From assembly GCA_001179505.1 (NCBI GenBank), contig CDMY01000364.1, forward strand, positions 35,868 through 99,867: a stretch of DNA of 64,000 bases, in the 5' to 3' direction. This document shows, in pieces, positions 10,399 to 22,534 of this stretch (position 1 is the stretch's first letter; every line of letters begins with the position of its first letter). Below the pieces are notes generated by a model. That model did not search any database. It was given only the letters and a program-made list of their open reading frames with translations, and was not told the DNA's origin. The stretch is from Vitrella brassicaformis CCMP3155. Lineage: Eukaryota > Protista > Chromerida. A program made the position numbers and the translations under genes.

Positions 10399-11977
10399 AT
10401 GGAGGCCGAGTTGTCCGCTCGCCAGTTCAGCGCCCAGGCGATTCTCAATCAGCTGCACGTGCCCGTGACGGCCATCGGCGACGCCATAAGCCAACTGCAT
10501 GCCCAGATCCGCCAAGCAGACGACGCCGCCCAGCGAGAGAGGCAGACGCACGGCGCCTCGGACCCATCAGCAGCGTCGCCCGATGACGTGCTGCTGCTCA
10601 ATGTGGGCGGCAGCGAGTGGCGAGTGAAGCGGCAGCACATGACTCAAGGAGAAGGCGTGGAGGGGACTCTGTTGGCGGCGCTGTTCTCGGGCTGCTGGGA
10701 CAACCGATTCATCAAGGACGACAAACAGCGGGCGTTCATCGACATCTACCCGGAGGCCTTCAAGACCATCCACACGGCCATATTGGATACCGCCACCCTC
10801 CTCCAGGCGGGCAAGGCGGCGTCGATTGTCACGCTGCTCGACGAGGCATCCCAGCGGAACTACACCGGTAAGGGGCATGAAGGCGACAGCGCACTCATCC
10901 TGTCCTCTCACTCTGTCTCTGGCTGGCCGTGGTGTAGGTCGTCATGGCTTCTGGATCAAGTTGCTGCTGTCGCCACTGGACAAGGCGGTCTCAGCGGCCC
11001 CTCCCAGTGGCGTCACTGAGCCGCGCCTGTCCGCCACGGACAGCCCTGCCGTGATGGGCGACGCCGTCAAGACGCTCGAGGCCATCATGAAGACATTCAC
11101 CAAGGAGAAGGCCCGGCTGGAGGGCCAGCTGCGGGCGGCACAAGAGCGACGTGACAACCTCGACAAAGAGATACAGGTGACCCACACAGACAGAGCCAGG
11201 GGATGTGGATCGGTGCTGTGTGTGGTTCACAGGCGGTGAGTCCCTTTCTGCTGCCTCTGAGTGGCGGTGACCCCATCCGGTCAGTCGACGTGTGCGGCCA
11301 GGTCATATCGACCACTCAGTCGACTGTCGATGAGATGAGCGACGAGCTGCGGAATCGATTCGACCTGTGAGCATCGACCCATGCACCGAAGCACACAGTG
11401 ACAGCGATGCCCTATCGAGGATGGCTGTGTGTGTCTTTAGGTGGCCGCGGCCGGTTGAGGTGGTGCAGCCCGACCACATCAGCCGTATGGTCGATCACTA
11501 CCGCCGCAGACGTCTCGGCGCGTCGGCCGCCGACATGGCTCCGGTGCTGAGGATGGACAAGACTACCAAGCAGAATGCCTTCGATGTCAACGCAGCCGTG
11601 TACGGCGTCATCAGGAAACGCAGATGGAGAGCCGCGCAGGAAGGCTGACCTCGCCGTCTCTCTGTCTATGTTTTTCCCTTTGCAGTGCTGACTTCACTGT
11701 GATGCCATCTGGTGCTCGGTATCGCATCGTCACGGAGGGCACCGGCAGAGTGCCCACACTCAACGACACCGTCAAGTTCTACGAGATCTGGTGGCGTGAT
11801 CGATTCGACGGCCGGGACAAACGCTACGACCTCCGTGGGGCGGTGTATCGTGTGTCTGATCTGTATGGGTGGGAGCGCGAGGCGTTGCTGTCGATGCGGG
11901 AGGGCGAGGTGAGGCAAATCATCCCGCCACCCGGGTTTGTCCGCTACGTTGAGCTGCGTTTGGTCAGCATAGAGTAG
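10399..11977 (+). CDS. KCTD-type BTB + coiled coil + degenerate second BTB + FKBP-like domain (copy 1; last splice donor mutated)
   Basis: LLLNVGGSEWRVKRQHMTQGEGVEGTLLAALFSGCWD...FIDIYPEAF. Exons 10399-10867, 10938-11176, ~11232-11366, ~11441-11611, ~11687-11977. The donor before the FKBP exon reads ag|gaaacgc, versus ag|gtacgc in copy 2 and ag|gtctgc in copy 3. Confidence 0.8.
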
Positions 11978-12429
11978 GAGAGAGTCCACACACACGCATG
12001 TGGGGGCGGCTGTGTGTCACACACTCATGTGTGTGGCCGGGGGCTCTTCCCTTATTGCCTGGCTGACTGTGTGCCTCGGGTGTCTGTCTGTCATTGGCCA
12101 CTCACAGCACTTGTGGGTGTCACGTCTGCTGCTCGGCCGTGGGTTTATTCCTGTCTGCCGTGCTGCAAAGAGAAGAGCCCTTTTCTCTCCTCTCTCCCCC
12201 TCTCTCTCTCTCTCTCTCTCTGCGTGTGTGTGTGTGTGTGTGGCTGCTTTTATTCAACTCGAATGCATGGCTGTCTGATCCGATGCAGTCTTGCTGAAGG
12301 GCGTGGGCGGGTTCTTTGTGTGCGTGGTGTATATGAGTGGGTGTGCGTGGGGTGAGGGAAGGGACACTTCACGTCGAGGTCAGGTTCTTGGCGATTTAAT
12401 GAGTGCCACACACCACATTTTTCGGTGAG

Positions 12430-12504
12430 GGTGAGGTGCGGCGGGTCATCCTGCCTACAGTGGAAAGAAGATATGTCGAGTATAGGCTGGTGTCCATCCT
12501 GTGA
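12430..12504 (+). pseudogene. Isolated C-terminal fragment of an FKBP-like domain
   Basis: GEVRRVILPTVERRYVEYRLVSIL*. The upstream sequence is not FKBP-like and has stops. Confidence 0.7.
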
Positions 12505-13090
12505 GCTCTCTGCTCGTGGGTGTGGCGACAGTGCGTGTGTGGGAGGTGGTGAGTGCTGTCTGCCTTCATTCATTCATTCAGGCCACCTATGCGTTTATGT
12601 ATTGTGGCCATCGATGTGACATGTCGTTCTCGTGTGTGTCTATGTATTGTGTTTCACACTGACGTGATGACTCGGTGGGTCTAATGTTTGTGCTTATCAT
12701 AACGGACAAATTGGCTCGTTGTCACATACGTCACAATCAACCCATCGCCGTCCGACCCGCCACCCAGCCACACTCCACGCTGAAGAACTGTCTGACACCC
12801 CTACACACACCGGTCCATCCATCGCCTACATCTGCACACAAGCATCAGATATACGCGCACAATTGCGAAAGTGACAGTAGCCAGTCAGTCGACGGCACGC
12901 AGAGGTCAGTAAAGATAAGACAGCTAACCGGAAGGCCAGAACAACCTACAGACGCTCCTGCATCCATCCTTGCATTCACCCATCAGCGTCACTCCCTTTG
13001 CCCGCCCTCGGGCTCCTCTGCTGCCCGATAAATCGACGAGTCAGTCAGGCACATTCACTGAGATCGATGCCTTCCATCTCACACTCAATC

Positions 13091-14836
13091 TCACTCTCTC
13101 AGAACCGCCAGCAGCCTGCACTCCGGAACCGGGCCTTCCTTCTATCGTAGCTCAATCTGGCCGGGACAATGACCCGCCGCACCTCACCCACACGCATGTC
13201 AGTGAGGGTCTCCTGCCACCACTCAGCACAGTCAGACCCACGCCACTCCACCCCACGCTCCTCGACTATCTTCTCTTGTCCGTAGAAGTCGTCACGCCAG
13301 TCGATGTAGTCGACCTTGACCCACTGGTCACGTGTCGGTTTGGGTCCATTGCCCGCCGGCGGCCGCACCACTTGGTGATAGGCGCCAGAGGGGTACAGAG
13401 TGGATCCTTCGTGGCTGCTGTCGTTATTGGGCGCCATCGTAGCTGGTGGTGGTGGTGGTGGTGGGCCGAAGCCCACAGGAATCCTGGCAAAGACAATACC
13501 AAAGAGCACCGCCCACACATAAAGTGAATGCTGTGAGGCACATCGACGTCCGCAAGTGTCAATGCCCCGACTCATATGATGTCCAATAGCCGCATCTCGA
13601 TGTAGGCATCCTTGCCAGTGGTGCTAAAGGATGCCGGCAGGATGACCCGCCGCACCTCGCCAACACGCATGTCAGTCCACATCTCCTGGAGCCACTCACG
13701 TACATCAGACAGACCGAACTCCAGCCCACTGCCCTCCCCTCTCTTGTCCTGGCCGTCAAAGTCGTCAGACCACTCGATAATGTCGGCCTTTATCCGCTGA
13801 TCACGGGTCGGTGTGGGACCGCTGCCCTCCTGCACCACCCAAGACAACACGCCCGTCGACCGCCTCCTGCTGCCATCGCTGGCCGCCGCTTCTTCTCTTG
13901 CTAGTGCTGGCGGTGCTGCTGCTGCTGCTGCTGACGGTGGTGGTGGTGGTGGTGGCCGCTCGGAACCGACAGAACTCCTGACAAGAAAATACCAAAGAGC
14001 AATGCGCACATATGAATGAGCCCCGTGGCGCACACCAATCCTCACACGTGTGTGAATGTGCCCGACTCACCGGATGTCCACCAGCCTGTACTCGAGATAT
14101 CTCTCCTTAAAGTTTCCGTTGCCTGGCACGAATACGCGCCGCACCTCACCCACACGCATGTCAGTGAGGACCTCCTGCTCCCACTCAGCCCAGTAAGACA
14201 CACGACCCACCACCCCACCGAGATCATATTCCTTGTCTTGTCCGTCGAAGTTATCACGCCACTCGATGATGTCGACCGTGACATTCTGTTCATACGTCGG
14301 TTCAGGCCCACTGCCCTCCTTGACCACTTGATAGTAGGCGCCAGACGGCATCCGTGTGAAGCCGGCGGGAGTGCTGGTAAAGACAACACCAAAGAGCACC
14401 GCCCACACATAAAGTGGATGCCGTGAGGCACGTGTGAATGTACCCCGACTCACAGGATGTCCAAAAGCCGCAACTCGTTGTAAGCATCCTTGTCAGTGGT
14501 GCTAAATGGCGTCGGGACGATGACCCGCCGCACCTCACCAACACGCATGTCAGTGAGCACCTCGTGTTGCCACAGACCTCGAGCACACGGACGATCCACC
14601 TCCCCCCGCCTCACGCACACGTTGTCTCCGTCGAAGTCGTCAGCCCACTGGATCCAGTCGAACTTGACGCGTTGGTCACCTGTCGGTTTTGGCCCACTGC
14701 CCGGCTGCACCACTTCAATCAGATAGTACGCGCCAGACGGCATCTGTCTGAAGCTCACAGGAGTCCTGGCAAAGAAAACACCAAAGAGGAGAGGATGAGC
14801 AACACCCACATGCACACCATGTGAGTGCCGTGCCAC
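13091..14836 (-). repeat. Tandem array of four intron+exon units (~390-475 bp)
   Basis: A related intron sequence recurs before each FKBP-like exon: donor gtgagtcggg, then cactttatgtgtgggcggtgctctttggt...ccag before the acceptor (least similar in the first unit). Confidence 0.85.
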
Positions 14837-15756
14837 TTGTGCGTGTCTCTCACTCCTCGTCCATAATGCCGATCAACCGCAGCTGACGGTACCAGCCTCT
14901 ATAGCCGTCTGGCACTTTGATTTGCCTGATCTCCCCCTCCCTCATTGACAGCACCGCCTCACGCCACCAATCACGCTCATCAGACACACGAGCGACCACC
15001 CCACGGTGATCGTAGTAAATGAACTGGCCGTCGAATCCATCACGCCACTCGATGACGTCGTACTTGACGCGGTCGTTGGCCGTGGGCGCTCTGCCGCTGC
15101 CCTGTCGCACCACCTTGTGAAGTGCGCCAGACGGGCGCTGAACGAAGCCATCGTCGGCCGTGTTGTCGTCTTTGCCGGCCGCCGCCCCTTCATCTGCCGC
15201 TGGTCTCGCTGCTGGGGTTGGTGCGGGTGCTGGTGGCTGATCGCCTTCCTTATTCTCTTGGCCTTGGTCGATGTCGACAGCCGATCTGACCACCAGCACC
15301 AAGTCGGGGATAAAGCACACCTGTCTGTGTCTGCTTGTTCAGGTCGCTCACTTGTCGTGTTCGATGCAGAACTTGATGTGCGAGTAGAATGACGGCTTGA
15401 TGGCCAACCGCTGGCCATTGACCTCGAACTCATAGCCGCCTTTGACATTCCCATAGACAAAGTGACCATCCAACAGCCCAACAGGTTCTCCACTCATGAC
15501 GGCAACACACCGCCCTGCACAGACACACAGACACAGACACACACAGACACAAACAGTCAGAGTGACGTTCACTTCAGCGTGAGATCTGCATGTGTGTCGG
15601 TGTTGGCTGACGTCCTCTGAGTTCGCTGATGCGTTGGAATAGATTCAGCCGTGATGTGAGCTGGATTTGCGACCTCAGTGGTGTGAGTGGTGGTCGCACA
15701 AACCCATCGACAGCCGCCCAGGGCACCATGAGGACGGCAAACAGCCACACGACCAT
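13091..15756 (-). CDS. Paralog of gene A (gene B): leader + small N-terminal domain + five tandem FKBP-like domains, the last one decayed
   Basis: Leader MVVWLFAVLMVPWAAVDGFVRPP (ATG 15756). Domains lie in ORFs 14850-15320, 14450-14836, 14067-14453, 13572-14045 and 13099-13575. The first four are joined by phase-2 GT-AG introns; the donor before the fifth is AT. Confidence 0.8.
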
Positions 15757-15908
15757 CGTGACAGTCACGACACACGCCCGATTTGTCGCTTGTTCTCTGC
15801 TGTTGATGAATCAAATGCCTCCAGATCGCAGGTGGGAGCTCTTATGGCTGTTCTCCTAGCGGAACGTCGCTTCTACAGAAGGAAAGCACGCGATCGGCCT
15901 GTGGCTCG
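15141..15908. repeat. Segmental duplication, copy 2 (matches 967-1727)
   Basis: Direct sequence comparison by eye. Confidence 0.9.
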
Positions 15909-17138
15909 GAGTCTTCCGTGCGTGAACCGCTCTCCCGTCGGTGAGCCGGAGCACCTCGTAGGTCAACTGATCTCACGGTGAGGCACACTTGCAGATCTTC
16001 ACTAGAATGAATGATTCATCACTGTCCTCTTTTGTGCGTACGCGTAGCTGTGTGTGGAGCATTCGCCCGACCCATGGCGGTGATTGTCTCTCACCCGTCA
16101 CTGCAGCAGAGCTTTGTGCTGTTTCTGGTGGGGCCTCCACCTCCCCAATATCTTCGCCGAGGCTGAATGATCTGACGCGAGTTACCGGACGCGCAACCTC
16201 TCAGCAGCACCCGGTGGGTGGCACTGAATGATGGGTCGATCTGAACGGACGCTGAGCTGCTTTTTGGTATGTGCAATCAATCAGATGTGGCGCATTGGCA
16301 ATGGCTGGCACCGGATGATAAATGCATCGAAGGAGGAGGAGGGTGGAGTGAGTGAGTGAGTGTATTGGTTACTGCTTCTAGTGGGGCGTCGGAACACATG
16401 CATACCAGGCAGAGAGCGGTGTGTGTGTGTGCGTGCATGCGTGTGTGTGTCATGATGTTTTGTGACAACCTCGACAAATCATCGCACAGACTCGCAAGCA
16501 GACACAGATGCTGTCCGTAAAATCGATTCGTTCACGCAATGGGTCTGCACATATCAATGTCCGCACCACACACAGTGACAGAAAGCTGCCAAGAGAGAGA
16601 GAGAGAGAGGGAGGCAGGCCAGACACTCACAAATAGCGTCATCAGTGACCTAGTCAGCGGCGAGCACCCCAAAGTGACAAATGAATACCCTCCTATCTCT
16701 CCGCCCACCCCGTCGTACGACTGTCTGTCTGTGTGTGGGCACCGCAGCCGCACATCGGCACCCGCCCTCCACGGCAGCAGCATATCCACACACATCACCA
16801 CTGCAGTAAGGGGCGTGCGGCATCCATCAACCAAGCCACACAAGGCCGCCCAACTCGTGCCATGACACCATGCACAAAAACGCCAAGGCAGAACGCCACA
16901 AGACAAGAAAAGACAAGACAAGACAAGACAAGACAAGACAGGACAGAACCGCAGCGAGTTATGTGTGAGTATATATAATGATTTTGTACAAGTAAGTATA
17001 TCGGATGTCACCGCAGTGATACAGACAGACAGACAGACAGACAGACGGCCTAGCTATTATGCACATACAGGTATGTATGCTGGTGTGTGTGTCTGTAGAG
17101 AGGGTGCCCCTCGCCCCGTCCATGAGCCCACCGGCCCA

Positions 17139-18082
17139 TCATCCCCGGCTGTTCAATGTGCGTGTGTGTTCCATGTGGATGAGTCGGATCTCGACGTACC
17201 GCTTGGTCTTGCCCAGCCGATGCACACTCGGAGGCACTATCATCCTGCACACAGCAGCACACACACAATACATACATCAACACGCACCACCAACCTTAGC
17301 CACCCACCGACCTGCGTATCTCTCCGACCCGCATGCTGAGGACGGCCTCCCGCTCCCAGGGGAAATACAGGTCACTCACCACCACAGACCAGCCCTACAC
17401 ATAATTGGTTGATAGCCACACACACACACAGACGCACACACCCATAAGTGATGCCATACTCAATCCTCGCCCATCTGTGTGTGTGCGGACATGCCTTCTT
17501 GTGGACCATCTTGTTGCCCTCGAAGTAGTCGTACCTGCACACACAGACAGAGACCACACACGTACGTCTACCCAACATGGGCACACACACGCACGAGCTG
17601 ACCAGACGGTGTAGTCGATCTTGACGGTTTGGTTGAGGTAGAGAGGGAAGGTCCCCTTGCCCATTTGCACTATCTGGAAGCGCACACCCAACACAGATGT
17701 CTGCGGCTGAGCGATGAAGGCCAAATCGTTCTGGTGAGCCGAGGGCAGCTCGTCGGGGATCGACGCCGATAGGCTTGTGGGTGTGCTGGCGCTGCTGCTG
17801 CTGCTGGCGCTGGGCACACCCACATTGCTGAATCAGACAGACAGACAGACAGACAGACAGATCCTCACAACACATGGATGGCTGCATGCGGTGTGTTTGT
17901 GGGCACTTCTTGTGCACTGTGTTGTTGGCGATCTCAATGCCGTCGGGGCACATTATCTGCTTGACATGCTCCTGCCGAATGTGCCGCCGCTGCCCGGCGG
18001 CCACGTAGTAGAAACCGCCGTGTGCGTCAACGAAGGCCTCACGGCCGAAGAACAGACCCACAAACGCCTCTTTGTCTTCCAT
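17139..18082 (-). CDS. Intron-containing FKBP-like domain protein (start uncertain)
   Basis: Exons 17603-17827, 17495-17534, 17312-17394 and 17139-17244 join in phase: GVRFQIVQMGKGTFPLYLNQTVKIDYTVW|YDYFEGNKMVHKK|GWSVVVSDLYFPWEREAVLSMRVGEIRR|MIVPPSVHRLGKTKRYVEIRLIHM. One intron uses a GC donor (aag|gcatgt). Confidence 0.8.
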
Positions 18083-18784
18083 CGCCTTCGCAAGACCATT
18101 CCACCACACACACAGCGCACTCCGTGATGCTATGAATGGTGCATCCTGGGATGAGCTCTTTTCGTCGTTTTCTCACTTGAGGCGGTGTTGTGGGTCTTCT
18201 GTCGTCAAATAACAGCACAGATCTTCGTAAAGGCCAGATCTGCGAGCTCAGGAGAGCTGGCATCTGCGAGCTTGGATGTGGGAGCAGTAAAGAGAGTCAA
18301 AGAGGTCAGTAGGCCGTCAAGGAAGGCGTCAGAGTCACCAGGCAGGCACAGATCTGGAGTCGGATGTCATGCATGTTGCCGTTCTGGTGTGCTGGTGTTG
18401 TGCAGTTTCGTCGAGCGCTGGTAGCTGTAGAGGCGGCCTTTGTGGTTCGAAGCAGACGCCTTCTTGACAGATCACGCGCTGCCACACGCAGAGGTGAACA
18501 GAAAAGGCACACGGGGGCTGCAGCACTCTGTTTGCACGGGGGAGATGCGAATTGATTGTTCGTTTGACCGGTGGCTTTGCAGGCTGGAGTGTCGTCGTGG
18601 TGTCGCGAGGCAGTCAAACAGGTGAACAGCGCTCAAGTGAATGAGTGAATGCAAAGAGGTCGAGCTGTTTGTATGTGGGCTGGCGTGACGGCTGCAGGGT
18701 TGGTTGAGGTCTGATCGATTTGACTCGTGCGCTCGCCAATGATGGATGGCACCGAAGCCGTAAGCAAAGACACATCGCATCAAC

Positions 18785-21700
18785 ATGATCACTTCACCCA
18801 ATGAGCCTGTCTTCCGACACGTACACATGCTGTGTGCAGGCTGCTGCTGCTGCTGCTGCTCTTGTCACTATCGACGTGTCAGGTGACTGCACACGTGATG
18901 GGTGACCGACTGCATGAATGTAAGATTTCTTGTTTGCAGGCACGGACGAGTGGCCTTCAGGCGTGGAGCGCGTTCAGGGGACCGTCATCGACACGGAGCG
19001 GACCTGGCCGCAGCTCAAAAAGGCCATTGCCAACAAGGGAGCAGTCGGCGAAGCACCACCTGGCCTTCTCGAGGACAAATACTACGATGGGAAAGACTAC
19101 TTGTGTCTGAGCCTCCCAGTCAAACAGGTGGGCACCACCAATGGCCACATGGGGCAGTGGCTTGATGTTATCTGTGTATGTCACTTCAAGAGCGTGAGGA
19201 GGTGGTGAAGAACACCACCGTGATTGTAGCTGAGGAGCTAGCGCGCAAGGTGACTGAGGAGAAGATGAAGATCATCATCTACGACATGCTCTCGCGCGAG
19301 GACACCGAGCTGACCGAGACTCAGGAGATCATGGACAGCTCCCACCCTCTCTACAGAAGCGCCTCAGAGCGGGAAAGAGACGGATACGCCTACATGGCTC
19401 TGGCGAAGGACGTCATACCAAGACACACAGCCATCGGTAGGCGACTGACGTCGAGCAAACAATCTGCTTCTCACCTTCCCGTTCTGTGTGGTTGTCTCAG
19501 GCCTGTACGGTGGGCGCCTGGTGGCGACGACGGACAGGCGGTGCAAGCCGGAGAACTACAACCGATTCTACATTTATGGCGTGGATGCCTACCAGACAAA
19601 GAAGGGCAATAACATCTTTCATCTTGATGGCTTCAGATTTAGAAGCGCCGCCGGTCAGTCAGCAGGCAGGCAGGCAGGCAGTAAAGATGGGTAACCTTGT
19701 GACTTGATATGTGTGTGCCTGTGTGGTGTCTCCTCTGTCCAGGGATGATGACCCGCGTGGCATGACGGGCAAGAGCGCCAATGTGGTGGCTCAGCCTTTT
19801 GAGTTGTTCGGCGTCCCTTTCATCTGCCATATTTCACTCAGGGCCATCAACAAGGACGAGGTACTCACACACGACGCCCGCACATGCTTCAAAGGACTGA
19901 CGGTTGATTGGCTCAGGAGGTGCTGGTGGACTATGGGAGGGATTACTTCACAAGTGACGATTGGAGGGCTCAGGAGAAGAAACAGGTGCCTACTTCCAAT
20001 CAATGGCAGCACACATGTGTATATTCTATGTTATCTGCGTCATTCAGTCGCAGCAAGCCATGGAGGAGCTGCGTCGGTTGAGGGACCGACAGCCGTTGCT
20101 ATCTGACGTCAAAGAAGAGGCAGATGGTACGCAGGCGTCGCATTGATACTTAAGACATTGCCAGGCAGATGTGTGTGAATGTGTGTGCAGCGTTGAAAGA
20201 AGGGATGGCCAAGAAAGACGAAGAGATTGCCGCTCTAAAGCAGGAGGTGGAGCAGTTGGCGCAGGTGCAATGTCCCGCCAAGAGGTCACGTGGCGTCGGC
20301 ACCGAAAGTACAGAGGCCCTCCGTCTATAGTCCACCCACGTGTGTGTGCTGATGTCTTGTATTTACGCACGTAGATGTGCTACCCGACGGTGACGCCACC
20401 AGCTCCAAGAAACGACGTCAAGACCAGCACAATGGACCAGCAGCACCAGCAGCAGCAGCAGCCAGCAAGGGCGACAACATTTATGAGGAGTTCAGCGCCC
20501 AGGCGATTTTCAATGAGCTGCACATGCCTGTGACGGCCATCAGTGACGCCATCACCCAGCTGCACGCCCGGATCCGCCAAGCTGACGACGATGCTCAGCG
20601 AGAGAGGCAGAAGCACGGCGCATCGGACCCATCAGCAGCGTCGCCCGATGACATTCTGCTGCTCAATGTGGGCGGCAGCGAGTGGCGAGTGAAGCGGAAC
20701 CACATGACTCAAGGGGAGGGCGTGGAGGGCACTCTGCTGGCGGCGCTGTTCTCGGGCTGCTGGGACGGCCGGCTGGTCAGTCACGACAAACAGCGTGTGT
20801 TCCTCGACATCTGCCCGGAGGCCTTCAAGACCATCCATACGGCCATCCTCAACGCCGCCACCCTCCGCCAGACGGGTAACGCCGCGTCAGTTGCCACGCT
20901 GCTCGACGAGGCATCGAAGCAGAATAGCTACACCGGTAAGGGCCATGAAGGCGACTACACACTCATCCCCTCTTATCACACTTTTCGTTTGTCTGGCCGT
21001 GGTGTAGGTTCCCATGGCTTCTGGATCAAGCTGCTGCTGTCGCCACTGGACAAGGCGGCCTCAGCGGCCCCTCCCGGAGGCGTCGCTGAGCCGCGCCTGT
21101 CCGCCACGGACAGCCCTGCCGCGATGGGCGACGCCGTCAGGACGCTCGAAGCTATCATGAAGGCCATCGTCAAGGAGAAGGCCCGGCTGGAGGGCCAGCT
21201 GCTGGCGGCACAAGGACGACGTGACAAACTCGACAAAGAGATACAGGTGACGAGATGCGCCCAGAGGGAAAGGAGGCGCCTTGATGTGGATCGGTGGCTT
21301 GTGCACCTGGCAGGCCGTCATGCCCTTCCTGGCGCCTCTGAGTGGCGGCGATGCCATTCGGTCTGTCGACGTGTGCGGGAGTCTCATCTCGACGGTGCAG
21401 TCCACCTTGGACGAAATGGGCGACATTGGGGCTTCACAACCGATTCGATATGTAAGTTAAGCCAACCACACACATCATTCAGATGTCCCTCAATACGGGG
21501 TTTCCGTCAGGTGGTCGCGCACACGTGCGGTTGAGGTGGTGCAGCCCGACCACATCTGCCGTATGGTCGATTACTATCGCCGCAAGCGGCTCGGTGCGTC
21601 GGCGGCCGACATGGCTGCGGTGCTCAAGATGGCCAATTCGACAGAGCAGGCGGCCTTCGACATCAACACGGCCATGTACGGCGTTGTCAAGCCCGACACA

Positions 21701-22102
21701 CACACCACACACGGCGCGCAGCAGACCAGGTACGCAGATGGAGAGCAGCGCAGGAAAGCTGCCCTCGCCGTCTATCTGTCATGTTTGTTCCTTTGCAGCG
21801 ACATTGATGGCTTCATTGAGATGCCATCTGGTGTGCGCTATCGCATCGTCACGGAGGGCACCGGCAGAGTGCCGACACTCAACGACCGCGTCAAGACCGA
21901 CACCATTGCGTGGAGTGACGGATTCGACGGCCGGAAGAAGGCATTCGATTACCGTGGGGAGGTGCGTCGTGTGTCTGATTTGGCTGAGTGGTGGCGTAAG
22001 GCGGTGCTGCCGATGAGGGAGGGGGAAGTGAGGCAAATCAAACTGCCACGCGGATATCCTTATCCCCGCTATGTTGAGCTGCGTTTGATCAGCATAGAGT
22101 AG
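18785..22102 (+). CDS. SET-like domain + coiled coil + BTB + degenerate BTB + FKBP-like domain (copy 2; +1 frameshift late in the gene)
   Basis: SET motifs DVIPRHTAIG|LYGGRLV, YIYGVD...FHLDG and HISLRAINKDE|EVLVDYGRDYF. Phase-0 junction 19985|20054, then junctions into the BTB exon (20375-20934). The exon 21314-21451 is 138 nt where phase 2 is needed (extra G in attggggctt). FKBP exon ~21799-22102. Confidence 0.7.
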
Positions 22103-22534
22103 GAGAGAGTTCACACACACGTGGGGGCGGCTGTGTGTGTCACACACTCATGTGTGTGGCCGGGGGCTCCTCCCTCTCTGCCTGGCTGACTGTGTGCCTC
22201 GACATTGTGAGCCACCGAGGGAATGTGCTGTGATTTTCGTTTAGCGCAGCATCGTGTTGTGCGACGTGTGTGCCTGGGGAGCGTGGGTGTTTGTGTGCGT
22301 GTCGCATGTCTTTCACTCTGTCTGCCTGCCTGCCTGCCATGATTGGGTGGGTTTTTCGGTCGGTCGGCCACTCACAGCCACTGTGTGCGGTGCCTGACAC
22401 ACATAATGTCTGTGTTTGCGGTGACCTCGCGCTGAGTTGTTGTGTGTCAACGCATGTCGCAATAGACTCGCATTCACCGCCGACGCAGCCTCACAGAAAA
22501 ACTGCACATGCCCACACTACCAATGTCATCCGCA

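Noticed and set aside
16890-16945. (GACAA)n pentamer run
   Set aside because: Ordinary microsatellite with no spacer structure.
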